From: Octopus vulgaris
Lineage: Eukaryota
Length of the DNA stretch: 64,000 nucleotides
Reading direction: 5' to 3'
Assembly (NCBI GenBank): GCA_951406725.2
Contig: OX597822.1
Location: 46,314,001-46,378,000 of the forward strand
In this document: positions 51,527 to 64,000 of the stretch, piece by piece
How the letters are laid out: each line of letters begins with the position of its first letter
Numbering within the stretch: position 1 is the stretch's first letter
Notes under the pieces: generated by a model
Seen by the model: the letters and a program-made list of their open reading frames with translations, nothing else
What the model was told of the DNA's origin: nothing
Database searches by the model: none
Position numbers and translations under genes: made by a program

Positions 51527-52290
51527 TCATCATCATTTAGCGTCCGTTTTCCATGCTGGCATGGGTTGGATGGTTTGACTGAGTTCGTATAAACATTAAC
51601 AACTGTGTGACATGAAGGCTAAGGGGAAATGAAAGTATCACCTCTAGAGTTTGCTAATGATCACTATGCTAGTAGGTAAATGGACAGAATAAATTTGCAA
51701 TCTATAAATTTCTTTGAATGACCAGTCATATATCTGGGAAGGCCTTGAAATTAATGTTACCATCTCTGATCCAGTGATAATAAAAAGACTCAAAGGAGGT
51801 CTTTAATCAAATAACTTTACTCAACACTTTACAACTGAATAAGTGGAGGCAAAGATGCTTCTCCTTTACTTGACAATTTGTGCATCACATTGCAGAAATC
51901 TAAGTACTTCTCAAATGAAAATCTTACACTGTTGTACCATTGAATTACAAATAATGCTCATCTTGTATGCCCGGGTAACCCTACAGCTTCCAAGAGTACA
52001 ATTCTATTCGTCTGGCTCAGGAAAAATTGTGGGGGTTAAGCCCCCATTAAGGGGTCTAAATAACTCCTAAGAAGTTGAAATTTTAGAAATATTACTTCAT
52101 TTGTATCTAATATCTATGGTTAAAATTTCATCAACTGCAAAAATATATGAATTTTCATGGAGGTTATGGCCTCATTTATGCTCCCTCACTTTCAAAGATA
52201 TACTGCATTACATCTGTCCTTATGCATAGAATATATATATATGTATATATTTGTATATAGGTATATGTGTGTGTCTATATATATATATAC

Positions 52291-52334
<44 letters not shown>

Positions 52335-53049
52335 AAATCTATGTATGCATGTATGTATATGTGTATGTATATATATATGTGTATATATATATATATGTGT
52401 ACATATATATATACACATCATCGTTTAACGTCCGTTTTCCGCGCTAGCACGGGTTATATATATACACATATATGTACTTATATATATATACACACACATA
52501 TGTGTGCAACAAGCACACAAATATATCACAATACACAAACATATGAATATGCTTATATTTTATACACATACATAAATATTATGCATATTTGTATCTTCAT
52601 ATCTACAAATATTTGTATTTTCATATATATACCTATATGTAAGTATATATAAAAACACATACTCACTTAATGGATATGTAATTATCTATAACTGTTATTC
52701 CAAAGAGGCTCCTCACTGAAAAATTCACACATGATTAAATATCACTTAGACAATAGTTCAATACCTTTGTTATTTTTTATATTTAATATGCAATCTGCAG
52801 TGACTTCCATATTGCACATACAATATATCTACAATTATAACTGCACGTAAATAAACATAAATCTACCAATCTCTTTCTCTCTCTATAGATATATATACTG
52901 TTGTACCATTTCTATACTCAACTGATATATATATATATATATATATACATACATAGACATATACTTATATGTATATATATATACACACACACACTCATGC
53001 ATAGTCAAATCTTATATATATACACACACATACATAGACAAATCTTATA

Positions 53050-53268
53050 TATATGCCTAAAGGTTAGAAAATCTAAAGAAGGCCTCAAAAGACATTTTAA
53101 GATCCACAAAGATCAAAACTTAACTGCTACTCTTGGTGATCCAGATCAGATGTGCAATCTATATGGGTGTCTTTTCAAAATGTTTGGTTTAAAAAGCCAT
53201 ATCAGATGCTATGATGGTGTAGGTACAAGAGGTGGACAAACTCCACATAAGGAGTAGGCAACCACCAC
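53050..53268 (+). mobile_element. LINE 3' end encoding two decayed C2H2-like fingers
   Basis: ICLKVRKSKEGLKRHFKIH...MCNLYGCLFKMFGLKSHIRC followed by a short 3' hairpin (actcc...ggagt). Confidence 0.6.
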
Positions 53269-53282
53269 ATATATATATATAC

Positions 53283-53525
53283 TATTATGGCTGCCCCCTC
53301 GTTATCGAGTATGGCCATTGCACGAAGCTTAACTGTTACTGGTGCTGTGATCGAATGTGACTTTTTAGCCCAGCTAAAGATCTACAATGTCTTGTACAGA
53401 ATTGGCAACTAATACCTTTACCGGTAATAGCCGGCTGTAGTTGTAACTGGGCTTCATGTACCTTTGCATGTCGTTTAAGTCCTCCTGCTGAATTACACTC
53501 TCTTCCACATGCCCGAGAGTGTAAT
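53283..53525 (-). mobile_element. 5'-truncated LINE (RTE-like) 3' end encoding two C2H2 fingers
   Basis: Open frame 53512-53336: ACGRECNSAGGLKRHAKVHEAQLQLQPAITGKGISCQFCTRHCRSLAGLKSHIRSQHQ*. Confidence 0.75.
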
Positions 53526-53550
53526 ATATATATATATATATATATATATA

Positions 53551-53884
53551 GATAAATGAAAGAATGGAGTCGAACGACGATTTAACAAAATTCCTTTATT
53601 CTCGACACATGTTTCGAAGACTGCATATTCTTAATTCCAAAGGAATAAAGGGTGCATTATGCCGTCTTCTCATCAGGAAAGACAAGGAACTTATGTCAGC
53701 ATCATGACGAACAAAAACTTTTAGATGACTGCCCACACGGTGTTCATAGTAATAATCTACACGAAAACACGTGATTTCTGCCCTTGGCATGTAGCTTCAA
53801 CCGTGCTTTCTGACGTAAATTTGCTACCCAGGTATCAGTGAACCGAATTATCCATACTAGGATAATTCATTCAACTACTTAAAC
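53551..53884 (-). mobile_element. Hammerhead-bearing short element (Penelope pseudo-LTR or retrozyme-like) between (TA)n tracts
   Basis: About 335 bp of CpG-retaining sequence bounded by TA repeats; contains the hammerhead and an AATAAA right after the cleavage site. Confidence 0.65.
53599..53680 (-). ncRNA. Type I hammerhead ribozyme motif with intact core and extended helix II
   Basis: TTTC-CTGATGA-GAAGAC.GCATA...TATGC.GTCTTC-GAAA-CATGTGTC|GAGA; predicted cleavage between 53604 and 53603. Confidence 0.85.
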
Positions 53885-53921
<37 letters not shown>

Positions 53922-53935
53922 CATGTGTACTGTTA

Positions 53936-54140
53936 CAGTAATCCCTCGCCATATCGCAGTTTATTATTTAAGCTTACGTCAATTCCTCCGTGGTGTTGTT
54001 TTTTCATTTATAATAAAACAAATATATACAAATTATAAAAATGTTAAAAAAATATATACAGTACTGCTTCTACTTTACAGATTTTCACCTACTGTAATGG
54101 GGTTTGGAATGTAACACCCGTGACAGTCGAGGGATTATTG
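53936..54140. mobile_element. pogo/Tigger-like MITE, same family as 16553-16754
   Basis: TA|cagtaatccctcgccatatcgc ... cgtgacagtcgagggattattg|TA. Confidence 0.85.
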
Positions 54141-54772
54141 TATATGTATGTGTCACATACATTACTGAAGTCTACTTTCTCAATGCCAGTATGAGTTGTG
54201 CAGCAGTCACTATCATGTTGGTGACAGGAAGGGCATCCAGCTGTAGAATATTACCTCAATGGCTCTTTAAATGTATGATTACCCATCATACATACATATA
54301 GAGTCACACATGCAAGTATGTGCAGATAGAGAGATAGATATTGCTACACAGGTATATATTGCAATACATACATACACACACATATATTTCTACTTATATA
54401 CACAGACATTATTTATAATTAAAAGATATACATGCATATAAGTACTTATAATCTAAATATATACTTACATATATGTGTATATGTGTGTGTGTATGTATAT
54501 ATATATATATACACATACACACACACACACATACGCACTCATGTATATATGTGCGTATGCTAATATATATATATATATACGCATTATACATAAGTGTGTG
54601 TATATGTGTGTGTATGTGTGTATGTGTGTGTGTGTACGATTATATACGCATATATTCTTTATTTCAAATCGAAGATGGAAACGTGAAAATGGTAAGAGAA
54701 AAAAATTCTCTTCCTTTTTGTAATCATGTTTTTCATAAGCATCGCTGAACACGGAGAATGACGAGGATGATC

Positions 54773-54805
<33 letters not shown>

Positions 54806-55037
54806 GTTTCAAAAGTAATAAATATTATTATCATTATTGTTGTTGTATCATCATCGTGTGTTTTTTAATAAAGATTTATTAATGGTCAGTCACGAAAATT
54901 GAAAGCAAGGATGTTGTTTACTTTGGTCAGTTTGTAATGTTATTGTTGGACGACGGAAAGAAGAGTGAACTGTAGATAAATAGAGGGAAATTTATACATC
55001 TCTAGATAAAACAGGGATATCATACATCTTCATACAT

Positions 55038-55096
<59 letters not shown>

Positions 55097-55463
55097 TATA
55101 TATATAGATAGATATACATACATGTGTATGTATATTCATAGGTATGTAGATGTATATATCTAAGCACACAAACATATATATTATTCGTGTTTACTTTTTA
55201 TCCCATCAACAGTAAAATTAGTGCTTTCGTTACTATTTCCAAAACGAAACATTTAATACACGATGGACTGACAGAAAGAGAAGAAAAGCGAAATCATTAC
55301 TGCACAACGGATGCATATGTATAAACACATACACTCACATTAAATAAAAAATAATTTTGAGAGGGAGACCCAAAGAGAGAGAGACAGACAGATAGAGAGA
55401 CTGAGACAGACAGAAGATGAAAGGATAACAAAAATGGCAAAAGGAGGTGAGAGAAGAACTTAC

Positions 55464-55690
55464 CTGATTAGGAAGAAAAAGTTTATGGTAGGAGGTAGAA
55501 AATACGTGAAACTTTTAGAATCATTGAGTAAAAGAAGCGGATGGCAAGCACCACAATGTGGCGTGGCTCCGTTCTAACAGGAACCCATAACCCAGCTATA
55601 GTTTATTGTCTTGTTGTTGTTTATTTATTTGTTGTTGTTCTGTTATAGTTTTTCATTTTTTTGTTTTTGTGTTTTGGTGTGTGCAGGGGG
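55464..55690 (-). other. Candidate non-coding first exon (TSS approximate)
   Basis: Consensus donor CAG|GTAAGT at 55464/55463, just downstream (minus strand) of an ETS-CRE motif; only short uORFs inside. Confidence 0.55.
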
Positions 55691-55722
55691 GAGGTCAGTA
55701 AGGGGGGAGGAGGTGAAACCGG

Positions 55723-55735
55723 ACCGGAAGTGACG
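55723..55735. promoter_or_regulatory. Overlapping ETS and CRE half-site promoter motif
   Basis: ACCGGAAGTGACG next to G-rich boxes in a CpG-retaining region. Confidence 0.6.
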
Positions 55736-55903
55736 ACACGAAACCAAAATCGTACACTTTATACGTTAAAAAAAGATTATATATATATATATACACATAA
55801 TGTATGATATATACATATGCATACACACATATTTATATATACATAAATGTGTTAATATATATATACACACAGACATAGATGCATATATACATATATATAA
55901 ACT

Positions 55904-55951
<48 letters not shown>

Positions 55952-56653
55952 AATATACACTATATATATAAATACATACACATACTATATAAACATACAC
56001 ACTATATATATATACACACACACTATATATATATTTATATACAGACACTATATATATAAATATATATATTTATATACATACACACACAAATATACACATT
56101 TTGCATTCATATGCATATATATTGCATAAATGCACACACATACACATAAAATTCGTTGACAAATAACATCATATATAATATTTAAAAATAAAATTTTAAA
56201 AAAACATTTTTTGCAATCTAACTAAATTGAAAAAAATTCCGTTCCTTTATTATTATTATTATTGTTGTTGTTGTTGTTGTTTCGTTACTTTTTTGTTTCC
56301 TTTTCCTGTCACTCTATTTAAAATAAATAAATAAATAAATAAATAAAAAAGTAAATTTTCAAAAATAACTCAATGAAATGTGTCTAAAGTATGTTTGCAA
56401 AATTAATTTTGCAAATTTTATTTGTAAATGTGAAGCTATAAGCTAAAACTAACAGAATCGGAAGAACAACAATGAAATAAAAAATAAAAGATAGAAATAA
56501 AATTTGGTGAAGAATCAAAAAGCTAAGAAAAAAAAATAAAGACAGCTGCCAGATGAAGTTTTGCTTTTGTATAATTGGGTGGGTTTAGATTCGTGTGCGT
56601 GCGTTTGTGATTTATTGTGTCTTTTTGTTTCCATATATAAATGTGTGTGTATT

Positions 56654-56684
<31 letters not shown>

Positions 56685-56775
56685 ATGTATATATATGTAT
56701 ATATATATATATATAAATATATATATATATGTACATACATATATATATGTGTACATACATATATATATATATATA

Positions 56776-56811
<36 letters not shown>

Positions 56812-56906
56812 TCATATACGTAAACGACATAGACAACACCGGATTCTTTTAAGAGTCAGCGAGACTCGAAATATGTACATGTCCAGTGGCGCCCTTTCGA
56901 TACAAC

Positions 56907-56955
<49 letters not shown>

Positions 56956-57030
56956 GCACGGCTGCAAAAAAATATAGTGTACAAGAACCGGTGTAGAAAG
57001 ACAATCCACCAAAGCTAAGACATTACTTAC

Positions 57031-57180
57031 CCTAATCTGTTCGCTGATACTGCGGAAAGTTAAGGATTTCACAGTTTTGGTTATAAAAAATTTTTTGTTT
57101 ATTTTATTTTTTTATTTTTTTATATATTTTTTGTTATTCCCCCAACTTCGATCAGTGTTGATCAACAGTCAACAGAAGGG
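57031..57180 (-). other. Candidate upstream non-coding first exon (TSS approximate)
   Basis: AGG|GTAAGT at 57031/57030; upstream TTACGTCA (57207-57214), CCAAT on the minus strand (57269-57265) and a CpG cluster. Confidence 0.45.
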
Positions 57181-57428
57181 AGGCTACTCTAATTGACCAG
57201 CTTCTCTTACGTCAGAGTGAAGAAAATAGCGCGCCGAATCCTCTTGCGGTGATCCGCTTTGGTAATTGGTCTGTGAAAAAAATACCAGCTTGATACGAGT
57301 CTCAGACATTTGACAGTATATGGTGATTTTATGTATAATTATGCTTGTGTTTGTGTGCGTGTGTGCCTATGTGTGCGTACGCGTTTATAACATCAGTTGG
57401 CATCTATTTTCGACGATGATGATGATAA

Positions 57429-57469
<41 letters not shown>

Positions 57470-57488
57470 AAACGCGCATGCACTATTT

Positions 57489-57531
<43 letters not shown>

Positions 57532-57564
57532 TATACACATCCATATGCATGTGTGCGTGTATGT

Positions 57565-57900
57565 AACAAAGCCTTCTACTGTGTCTGGCATGCACATCAC
57601 CTATCAAAACTTTTCCCCTATGAGCTCCACCCATTTCTCATCTGTTGGATCAGTAACATACTATCTGATCACAGCATCACAGCTTGTGTTGACTTAGTTC
57701 TTTCTGCCTGCTCCACCCCCACTCAATCAACTCTTGTGTACTTCACACTCCAGCTTTGTCGTCCCCTCTCCCTCCTTTCTATTCCTCTTCTATGCTTCAA
57801 TATTTCTTTACTTGCTCCCACATCCAACGAAACCCTTTCTTACACTGATGAGATATCATTCATTCCTCCCTAACTTTCCTTAATCATAGATCACCTACAT
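57565..57900 (+). mobile_element. Degraded non-LTR RT fragment (CR1/Crack/Jockey group)
   Basis: KAFYCVWHAHHLSKLFPYELHPFLICWISNILSDHSITACVD resembles KAFDRVWH..LL.KL..YG; LSYTDE resembles YADD. Confidence 0.75.
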
Positions 57901-58254
57901 GCAACCATGACCCCACATGCTGACCCTGCATTAATTCCATAACTGGAGTAATTGGTTTCAAATTTTGGCACAAGGCAAGCAATTGCAGGGGAGGGGGAGA
58001 GTCGACTATATTGTCCCCACAATTTATCGACCCCAAAAGAGTAAAAGGCAGAGTCAAATTCAATGGAATTTAAACTCAGAACAAGAAGTCAGGAGAAATG
58101 CAACTAAGCATTTTACTGGCATGCTAACAGTTCCACCAGCTTCTTGCCTTAAATGGAGACACTGAGAGCATCCTTCTGTGGAGTCAGGCCAAACTTTTAA
58201 GTGCAAAAAACCCAAGCACTACTCATATCAAAAAAACCCACTACACACACACAT

Positions 58255-58590
58255 CGTCATCATCATCATCATCATCATCATCGTTTAACATCTGTCTTCC
58301 ATGCTAGCATAGGTTGGACAGTTCGACCAGGGTCTGGGAAGCCAGGAGGCTGCACCAGGCTCCAGTCTGATCTGGTAGTATTTCTATAGTTGGATGCCCT
58401 TCCTAATGCCAACCACTCCATGAGTGTAGTAGGTGCTTTTTACGTGCCACCAGCACAGGGGCCAGAGATGGCTTGCAACGGCCATGATCGGTTGGTGCTT
58501 TTTACATGTCACCGGCACAGAAGCCAGTCAATGGCAGCGCTAGCATTGGCCACGTTCAGATGGTGCTTTTTACGTGCCACCGGCATGGGT
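58255..58590 (-). mobile_element. RTE 3'-UTR fragment
   Basis: (CAT)n tail; closely matches 62452-62800. Confidence 0.85.
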
Positions 58591-59461
58591 AGCCCTCACA
58601 GCTGCTCCAAATACTGGGCCTTGTTATCACTGAGGATCTCTCTTGGCAAACATACGTCATTAGCATAGCTGATGTTCTAAAATGCTTGAGTGAGACCTAA
58701 AAAAGAGTACTGCCTCCAGGCGTGTAGCTGGGGTAAATGGTGCTCAAGGAAAACATCAGAATGACACCCCCTCCCCAGCCAAAAAGTGGAAACTCATGTA
58801 GAAATGGCTTACTTAGAAAACGAATTTGGCCATAATTGCACCCTGCTCAAAGTGGCACCCAGGGCATGTGCCCTGCTTGCCCCACCCTAGCTATGCCCCT
58901 AACTGTTCCAACGTCTGGGACAGTTATGCACACAGACATCGTGGGCTGCATATAGGAAAGTGCTACCCTCCTAATTGGCATTCAATCACTGATGTACACA
59001 TTCCAGTCTTATCTCTCTGTATTTCCCCCTGTTTCTCAGTCTCCCTCATCTACTTTTTTTTTTCTCGCTATAATAATACCCCTTGTTCCCCATCCATCCT
59101 TTCTTTCTTTCCTGCCACTATTGTAATGACCCCTGTTCCTCAGATCTGGCTGATTCCATGCCTGCACAATGCAGGCACCACAGATCCTCTCGTCTTTTCA
59201 CCTGTCAACACATTTCTTGTGTCCAACCTGCTCCTAGCTCTACTTTAACCACTGTACCCAGTCCTTTCTCTCCTGAATGTAATCACTCTGCTATCTTCTT
59301 TCAGATCATATCTTTCCTGCAGATATTAATCTGTAGCAGTTTAAACAGAACCTTAATGGTAACAAGCTAATCTAAGGGTCTGCAAAGGTTACAGGCACTG
59401 CTCCTTCCGAAGGAAGGAGCATACACATATTAGTGTCTGTTTGTCTGTGTGTGTGTGTGTG

Positions 59462-59500
<39 letters not shown>

Positions 59501-60635
59501 TCATGCCAATCCTCCTTTGTGGTTGGCATTACAAAGGGCATCGAGCTGTACAAAATATTCCAAAGCAGACACTGGAGCACAATGCAGTCTTTGACTAATT
59601 GGCTCCTTGTTAAACCATCCAGCCCATGCCGTCGTGGAACATGGATGTCAAATGATGATGATGATATACATACATACATTCATATAAACATACATGCATA
59701 CAAAAATACATACATACAAACATACATATATACATACATGCAAATATACATACATGCATGCAAACATATGTACATACATAAAAACATACATACATACATA
59801 CATACATACATACATACATACATACATACATACATACATACATACATACGTTCATACATACGTTCATACATACATGATGCTGGTTGTCCACTCGTGACCA
59901 AGGAAGACCATTGCTGACCTTTAGGAACATTGTGTGCTCTAGGACTAACTTTTGAAAATATAAATATATAGGAAAAAAAAGAAGCAGCACATATCGAGCA
60001 GAGGTCAGCAATGCCTGTGCAGAATGTTAGGTCCAATCAAACTTGCACAATACCTCATAGACCTCTCCACTCTATTGACATTATCCAGAGACAAGCCAGA
60101 GCAAGATGTCTGGTGCCAATATGAATCACAGACTCAGGGATGTGGGAGCACCATGATCTCTAGTACAAATCATAAATACCCAAAATGTCCACTGCCATTC
60201 CCTGCATATCTGGTTTTATATCAGAGTGACCGTCTCCTAGAGACATGCTTCAACAGAAGCTGCGGGGTGCCTCACTCCTAGCGATCTTCTAGCATGCCAG
60301 ACACTATCCCGGAATTTCTATGTACCCATGCTATTACTAGATAGCCATTGACCTTGCACTAGGTTAATCCGACCTTTCAACAAGTCTTGGTTTTAATCCT
60401 GCTGGGTTTCTAGCAACCCTCCACACCAGAGTAGCCTGGTTGGGGTGTGCCAGTTTAGTCGCCAGCAACACGACCATGCAACATACATACATACATACAT
60501 ACAAACATTCAATTTTGGGGAATTAAACGATATGCAGGTATTCTATTTCAGATAATACAAACATACATACAAACATACCTACATAAATACATACATACAT
60601 ACACACATACATACATACATACATACATACATACA

Positions 60636-60666
<31 letters not shown>

Positions 60667-60667
60667 G

Positions 60668-61012
60668 TGAAGGTGCATGGCTCAGTGGTTAGAGTGTTCG
60701 GCTCACAATCATGAGGTTTATGGGTTCCATTCCTGAACTGGGTTATGTGTTGTATTCTTGAGCAAGACACTTTATTTCTTGTTGCTCCAGTTCACTCAGC
60801 TGTAGAAATGAGTTGTGACATCACTGGGACCAAGCTGTATCGGCTCCTTTCCCTTTCCCATGGATAACATCAGCGGTGTGGAGAAGGGAGGTTGGAATGC
60901 ATGGGTGACTGCTGGTCTTCCATAAACAACCTTGCTCAGACTTGTGCCTCAGGAAGGAACTTTCAAGGTGCAGTCCAGTGGCCATTCATGACCAAAGGAG
61001 GTCTTTACCCTT
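60668..61012 (+). mobile_element. tRNA-derived SINE, family B-like head with a different tail
   Basis: gaaggtgcatggctcagtggttagag A box, gggttccattcc B box, cttgagcaagacacttt core. Confidence 0.8.
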
Positions 61013-62451
61013 AACACACACACAAACACACAAATTCAAAAATCACATAGAAAAAACACACACAAGACATGAACATGCTCTTTGCTCATCAATTTTTGTC
61101 CACAATTTCATGCCTTTAATGATAATATTGTTAATTTTGGTGGCACCAACAGCAAAAATCTGCTGGGAATAATGAGCAAACAGAGGACAGTGATGAAAAC
61201 AAACAAACACAAGTAATTGTTACAAATGCAAAATATACATACAAAACAAAGGCCTTACAATTGTGAGACAGCTTAAAGACAAGACATATGTAGAAGTAAC
61301 ACTAATGGAAAATGATGTTGACTTGAAAAAGAAAGAGGTGAGATAGAAAAATAAAAGAAAACATAGAACAAAGGGTGGCAGGAAAGATGAACCCAGGGCT
61401 GATGGTAATTGGCACTTGCAGATATGACCTGCTGTTAAGTTCATGCTTTCATTGATTGTTTTAGATGCCTATGATGTCTTCAGTAGGTGCAGATACTCTC
61501 TTGGCCCTCCTAAAAATACCCAGCAGAACATCGAGGATGTGACTGCTGAAGAGAGAAAGAGGCCAGCAACTGTGTTTGGCTGGGAGTCATTTTTAGCTTA
61601 GTAGACTGGATCAACGTTGACTGATTATTAGGGTCGTCCTCATAATTGTAAGGCTGTGAGTTTGATTCTTAAACCAAGAGTGGTGCAGTGGTTCTTTGAG
61701 CAAGATGTTTCATTTCATCTTGCTTATATCTGATGTCTTCATGGACAACATTGCTGACTGTTCTTTCTGGCACATGGAGATCTTTTGCAATTGACCTCAT
61801 GGACTTTCTGGGATTGTAATTAATGGTCTGTTGAACTTGTTGGATAAATTCAGGTGTTCTGATGATTTCAGAGTGTTTAGAATGCTTTTTATACCTTGAT
61901 ACTTGTGATATGTTTCCATCTTCAGTCTCTAGTGCCTTACAAACTTTGTAGACGAAAGATCTTGCAACTTTTAAAAATCAAGATATTTCTAAATCACTAT
62001 GCTCAGCCTTTATAACCACAATAACAACATGCCTCTTCATTTCTTGAGTAAGCTGAGGGTTTGCCATTATTATTGTCTGAAACAAAGATTATACAGAGTT
62101 AGTAAAAAATGCAGCAATGACCTAAAAAAAGTATGTCCTCAAATACCTTACACACCCTGTATGTGTGTGTGTGTGTGTGTGTGTACTAGCCTTGAAGCTG
62201 CCATTCAGGCAGTATTCAGAGTGGCTCCTGCACAGGGCACCTTTGAGGCCTTTGGCCCCACTATCAGGCCACTTCTACCTTTGTGTAATGAAATTTATTT
62301 CTGCAAATGTGCTAACCACTGATGCTGATCATAGTTTAATCAGTAAGTGTAGGAGCGAAGTAAATGCAGTAAAAATAGGGAGGTCAGTGGGGCCCCATTT
62401 AAGTGGCCCTTCAGAAATTCAACCTCCTTACGATACTTCCTGGAAATTCAT

Positions 62452-63712
62452 CATCATCATCATCATCGTTTAACGTCCATTTTCCATGCTAGCATGGGTT
62501 GGACGGTTCGATCAGGGTCTGGGAAGCCAGGAGGCTGCACCAGGCTCCAGTTTGATCTAGCACTGTTTCTACAGCTGGATGCCCTTCCTAATGCCAACCA
62601 CTCCATGAGTGTAGTGGGTGCTTTTTACATGCCACCGGCACAGGTGCCAGGGGAGGCTGGCAATGGCCATGATCAGTTGGTGCTTTTTACGTGCCCCTGG
62701 CAAGGAAGCCAATCAAGGCGATGCTGGCATCAGCCATGTACAGATGGTGATTTTTACGTGCCAGGGGAGGCTGGCAATGGCCACAATTGGTTGGTGCTTC
62801 TTACATGCCACCGGCATGGAAGCCAGTCAAAGCGGCGTTGGCATCGGCCGCATATGGATGGTGCTTTTTACGTGCCACCAGCACAGGTTCCAGGGGAGGC
62901 CGGCAACAGCCACAATAAGTTGGTGCTTTTACGTGCCACTGGCATGGAAGTCAGCCAAGATGGCACTGGCATCGGCCACATACGGATGGTTCATTTTACA
63001 TGCCACTGGCACAGGTATCACAACTACAATTTCCATTTGATTTTTGATGTTGATGGTGATGTACTTGACTCAGTGGGTCTTCTCAATCAAGCACGGCAGG
63101 TTGCCCTATGATACAAGGTAAGTACAGTGGGCCGTCCTGCAATCCAAGGCACATTGGAAGGGCTGGGGCTTCTATGGGAAGCTGGTGCAGAAAGCAGCCA
63201 TGAACTCACATTATTTGTCGGGTCTTCGCAGTCACAGCATATCTTCAGAGGTCTCAGTCTTTCGTCATTGCCTGTGTGAGACCCAACGTTCGAAGGTCAT
63301 GCTTGACCACCTCATCCCATGTTTTCCTGGGTCTACCTCTACCCCGGATTCCTTCAACTGTTTGGGAGTAGCACTTCTTCACACATCTCTCCTCATCCAT
63401 CCGTAGTACATGACCATACCAGCGCAGACGTCTCTCTTGCATGCTACATCCAATGCTTCTTATGTCCAGCATTGCTCTCAGGGCACTTACACTCTCTCAT
63501 GTATGCACACTGACATTACACATCCAGCAGATTATACTAGCTTCATTTCTTTCAAGCCTACGCATACCCTCTGCAATCACAGCCCATGTTTCACTGCCAT
63601 GAAGCATGGCAGTTCGCACGCATGCATTGTACAATCTACCTTTCACTCTGAGTGAGAGACCCTTTGTCATCAGTAAGGGTAGGAGCTTTCTAAACTTTGC
63701 CCAGGCTATTAT
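62452..63712 (-). mobile_element. 5'-truncated RTE LINE (RT C-terminus, 3' UTR, (GAT)n tail) with 9-bp TSD
   Basis: AWAKFRKLLPLL...KGRLYNACVRTAMLHGSETW...RRLRWYGHVLRM...GRGRPRKTW; GAAATTCAT at 62443-62451 and 63713-63721. Confidence 0.92.
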
Positions 63713-64000
63713 GAAATTCATTGTCCTTGCTCCAATTTGGTTGCCAATGCCATGTATTTAGTTTAAAATGCAGTAAAAATAGTGGAGTCAGTGGGGCCCC
63801 AGTTAGGTGGGCCTTAAAAAAATAGACCCCCTTAGGACATTCTCTGGGATCAAGGGAGTTATTGGTTTGAATTTCGTTGTCCTTGCACCAACGGTCTACA
63901 AGGAGTTAATGAACAATAAACGAAAAAGACAGAGAAGCATCACTCAAATTTATATTAAGATGTATGTATATCTATATATATATATATATATATATATATA

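Noticed and set aside
62494-63111. 205-aa ORF
   Set aside because: Antisense reading of the repetitive RTE 3' UTR.

Overview
This is eukaryotic, AT-rich, repeat-dominated DNA, and most ORFs in the supplied track are microsatellite artefacts. The mix of tRNA-derived SINEs, RTE LINE 3' ends with (GAT)n tails and dense (TA)n/(CA)n tracts suggests an octopod cephalopod; this is inference from repeat style, not a search. No intact host protein-coding gene is recognisable. The window looks like intronic/5'-UTR territory of a large minus-strand gene, with several candidate first or UTR exons (about 57.1, 55.5, 35.2, 21.8 and 6.2 kb), mostly in CpG-retaining islands. Clear mobile elements are a full-length 1631-bp IR-DR Tc1 (DD34E) nested in a SINE, three maT/DD37D remnants, a 783-bp fold-back MITE with an 8-bp TSD, piggyBac, hAT, pogo and mariner MITEs, RTE, CR1/Jockey-group and Penelope fragments, and a 34-bp minisatellite. 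The most interesting signal is a set of type I hammerhead ribozyme motifs in at least three unrelated short elements. One is a tRNA-headed SINE with a hammerhead in its 3' half, present as a head-to-head inverted pair, which suggests a Pol III SINE using Penelope-like retroelement machinery. All coordinates were read by eye and the edges of degenerate repeats are approximate.
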